A stretch of DNA of 62,495 bases, counting the filler, from Choristocarpus tenellus KU-1152 (taxonomy: Eukaryota; Protista; Phaeophyceae): NCBI GenBank assembly GCA_964200185.2. It is 10 parts of 10 records of this genome, joined end to end, with 100 filler letters (N's around TTAATTAATTAA, not from the genome) between each part and the next. Parts side by side here need not be neighbours in the genome. Positions count along the whole stretch, not along the records: positions 58,255 to 62,495 come from CAXNAD020015525.1; 9 more parts are not named here. One strand, 5' to 3'. How positions within the stretch are numbered: position 1 is the first letter of the stretch; every line of letters begins with the position of its first letter. This document shows, piece by piece, positions 61,203 through 62,495 of the stretch. The translations under genes were made by a program, and so were the position numbers. The notes beneath the pieces were generated by a model. It was not told the DNA's origin. It searched no databases and saw only the letters and a list, made by a program, of their open reading frames with translations.

Positions 61203-62299
61203 TACTAACTCTGATCCATGAAAAGTTTCATACTTGTTTAAACTTCATACTGGAGGTGATTGATTTATAAATATATTGGTGTTGTGAGTTATATTTGTGT
61301 TTCATTCAATGATTTGAGGTTGATTTGTTCAATATATATTATATATATATATTACAATGTTTACACTGCCCAATATCAACTTCCGCCAATTTTTTTTTTC
61401 TACTCATACATGTGTCTCCGTCCGAGTTCATTTTTCCAAATGACTCTTGCACATTGTTTTTTATCGTCTTTTTTTCAACAGGAGGACAACAGTTTTGACA
61501 CAGAACAGTTATGAACTGAACATAACTTATGAATTGAACAGTTACTTCAGTGATGGTTCATGGCCAACTCCATCCCCGTGTTTGTCCACGATTTGAAATT
61601 GACCTTGTCCTAAATTTATTTATGTATTGCTCATTGATTAGAAAATCCATATCCTCTAATGTTGAATTCTTGGTGCTGCAGTCAAACAGCTGTATTTTGA
61701 TCATGATTTCTGCGCTCCCTATTATGGGAGTCTCTCATGTCCTTTATTTTTCCCTCCTGATTGGAGATGATGGTCCATGCTTTTGCATCTGTATTTCCTT
61801 GATGGAGTTACGCAGAATTTCAAGCCAAGACCAGCTAGTCCTTGCCCATGCCTCTTTCACGCTGAAAACTTGACCAGATGGGGTCATATCCGATACATCC
61901 TAATCGTGATGTTTCCATGTGCCCAGATATGTTTTACTATCTCACCCCTGATCAAGGTGAAGCGGAACTGATTTGGTTGCCACCAAATCAATCTTAGTTT
62001 CAAGTGCTGAATTGTCAGGCCTCACAAAAAAATCTCTTTACTTTGCATTTTGCTAACATGCAGTATTTCCTCGCTGAGAGACTATTCCTTTTCCTTTCAA
62101 TGCTCATGTCAGTTTTTCTTCACATCAACTTCCTCCATTTCCCATTGACACATCTGTGTTGTTTTGATACATACATCAAAACTCACAGGGGAGGGGATGG
62201 TGTGAGAGCCTTCTTCCAATTAAGGTTGAGAGCCTATCTTGAAGAATCTGATGTTTATATAACATCTGTTTTTGCATATTAAGTTAACATCTGCTTGAA

Positions 62300-62482
62300 G
62301 ACCCAAAGTATCTGGGGGGGCGGGGTGGTCTTCACCAGGGTGTCCATTTGGGGCAAAACTGGGAAAAGTGCACTTACATTGTCCATTTGACATACGCAAC
62401 CAAATCACCAAAAATATCGCGACATGAAAAAATTGACCCCAAATGGACAGCCGCCACCCCCCCCCCCCAGATACTATTAACC
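62300..62482. mobile_element. MITE family B, full copy
   Basis: GACCCAAAGTATCTGGGG...CCCCAGATACTATTAACC; 4-bp TSD TGAA. Confidence 0.9.
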
Positions 62483-62495
62483 TGAAGTGAAAGTG

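Noticed and set aside
61550-62290. Possible RTE-like LINE remnant on the minus strand
   Set aside because: Only vague motif resemblance; cannot be supported without a profile search.
1-62495. CRISPR arrays, operons, rRNA or intact tRNA genes, or a functional cluster linking the host genes
   Set aside because: None seen. The DNA is eukaryotic and the genes sit on separate concatenated contigs, so their proximity carries no information.

Overview
This is eukaryotic DNA and not one locus. Ten short contigs (1-7602, 7703-13024, 13125-21283, 21384-26238, 26339-30303, 30404-36181, 36282-44864, 44965-53055, 53156-58154, 58255-62495) are joined by artificial 100-bp linkers (N44-TTAATTAATTAA-N44), so no synteny can be read across linkers. 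The spliced GT-AG genes, TTAGGG repeats and TE protein styles suggest a stramenopile, probably a brown alga or close relative (inference). Host genes I can reconstruct by hand are a complete 8-exon calcyphosin-like EF-hand gene, a complete 4-exon THAQKYF-type 1R-MYB gene, a 3'-partial MEKK/STE11-type MAP3K, a 5'-partial and unusually divergent proteasome beta-2 gene, the last exon of pyruvate dehydrogenase E1-alpha and one gamma-glutamyl hydrolase exon. Most of the rest is nested, decayed mobile DNA: Copia, Gypsy, a DIRS/Ngaro-type tyrosine-recombinase retroelement, CRE-like non-LTR pieces and at least four small terminal-repeat families. The best leads are three MITE families with GAG/GGC-type ends and 3- or 4-bp TSDs, two decayed genes with 25-50 bp mini-introns (one BAH-like, one CACTA-transposase-like), a filled/empty site pair for a non-LTR insertion, and substitutions at normally invariant proteasome beta-2 motifs. 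All assignments come from manual translation and motif recall; no searches were run.
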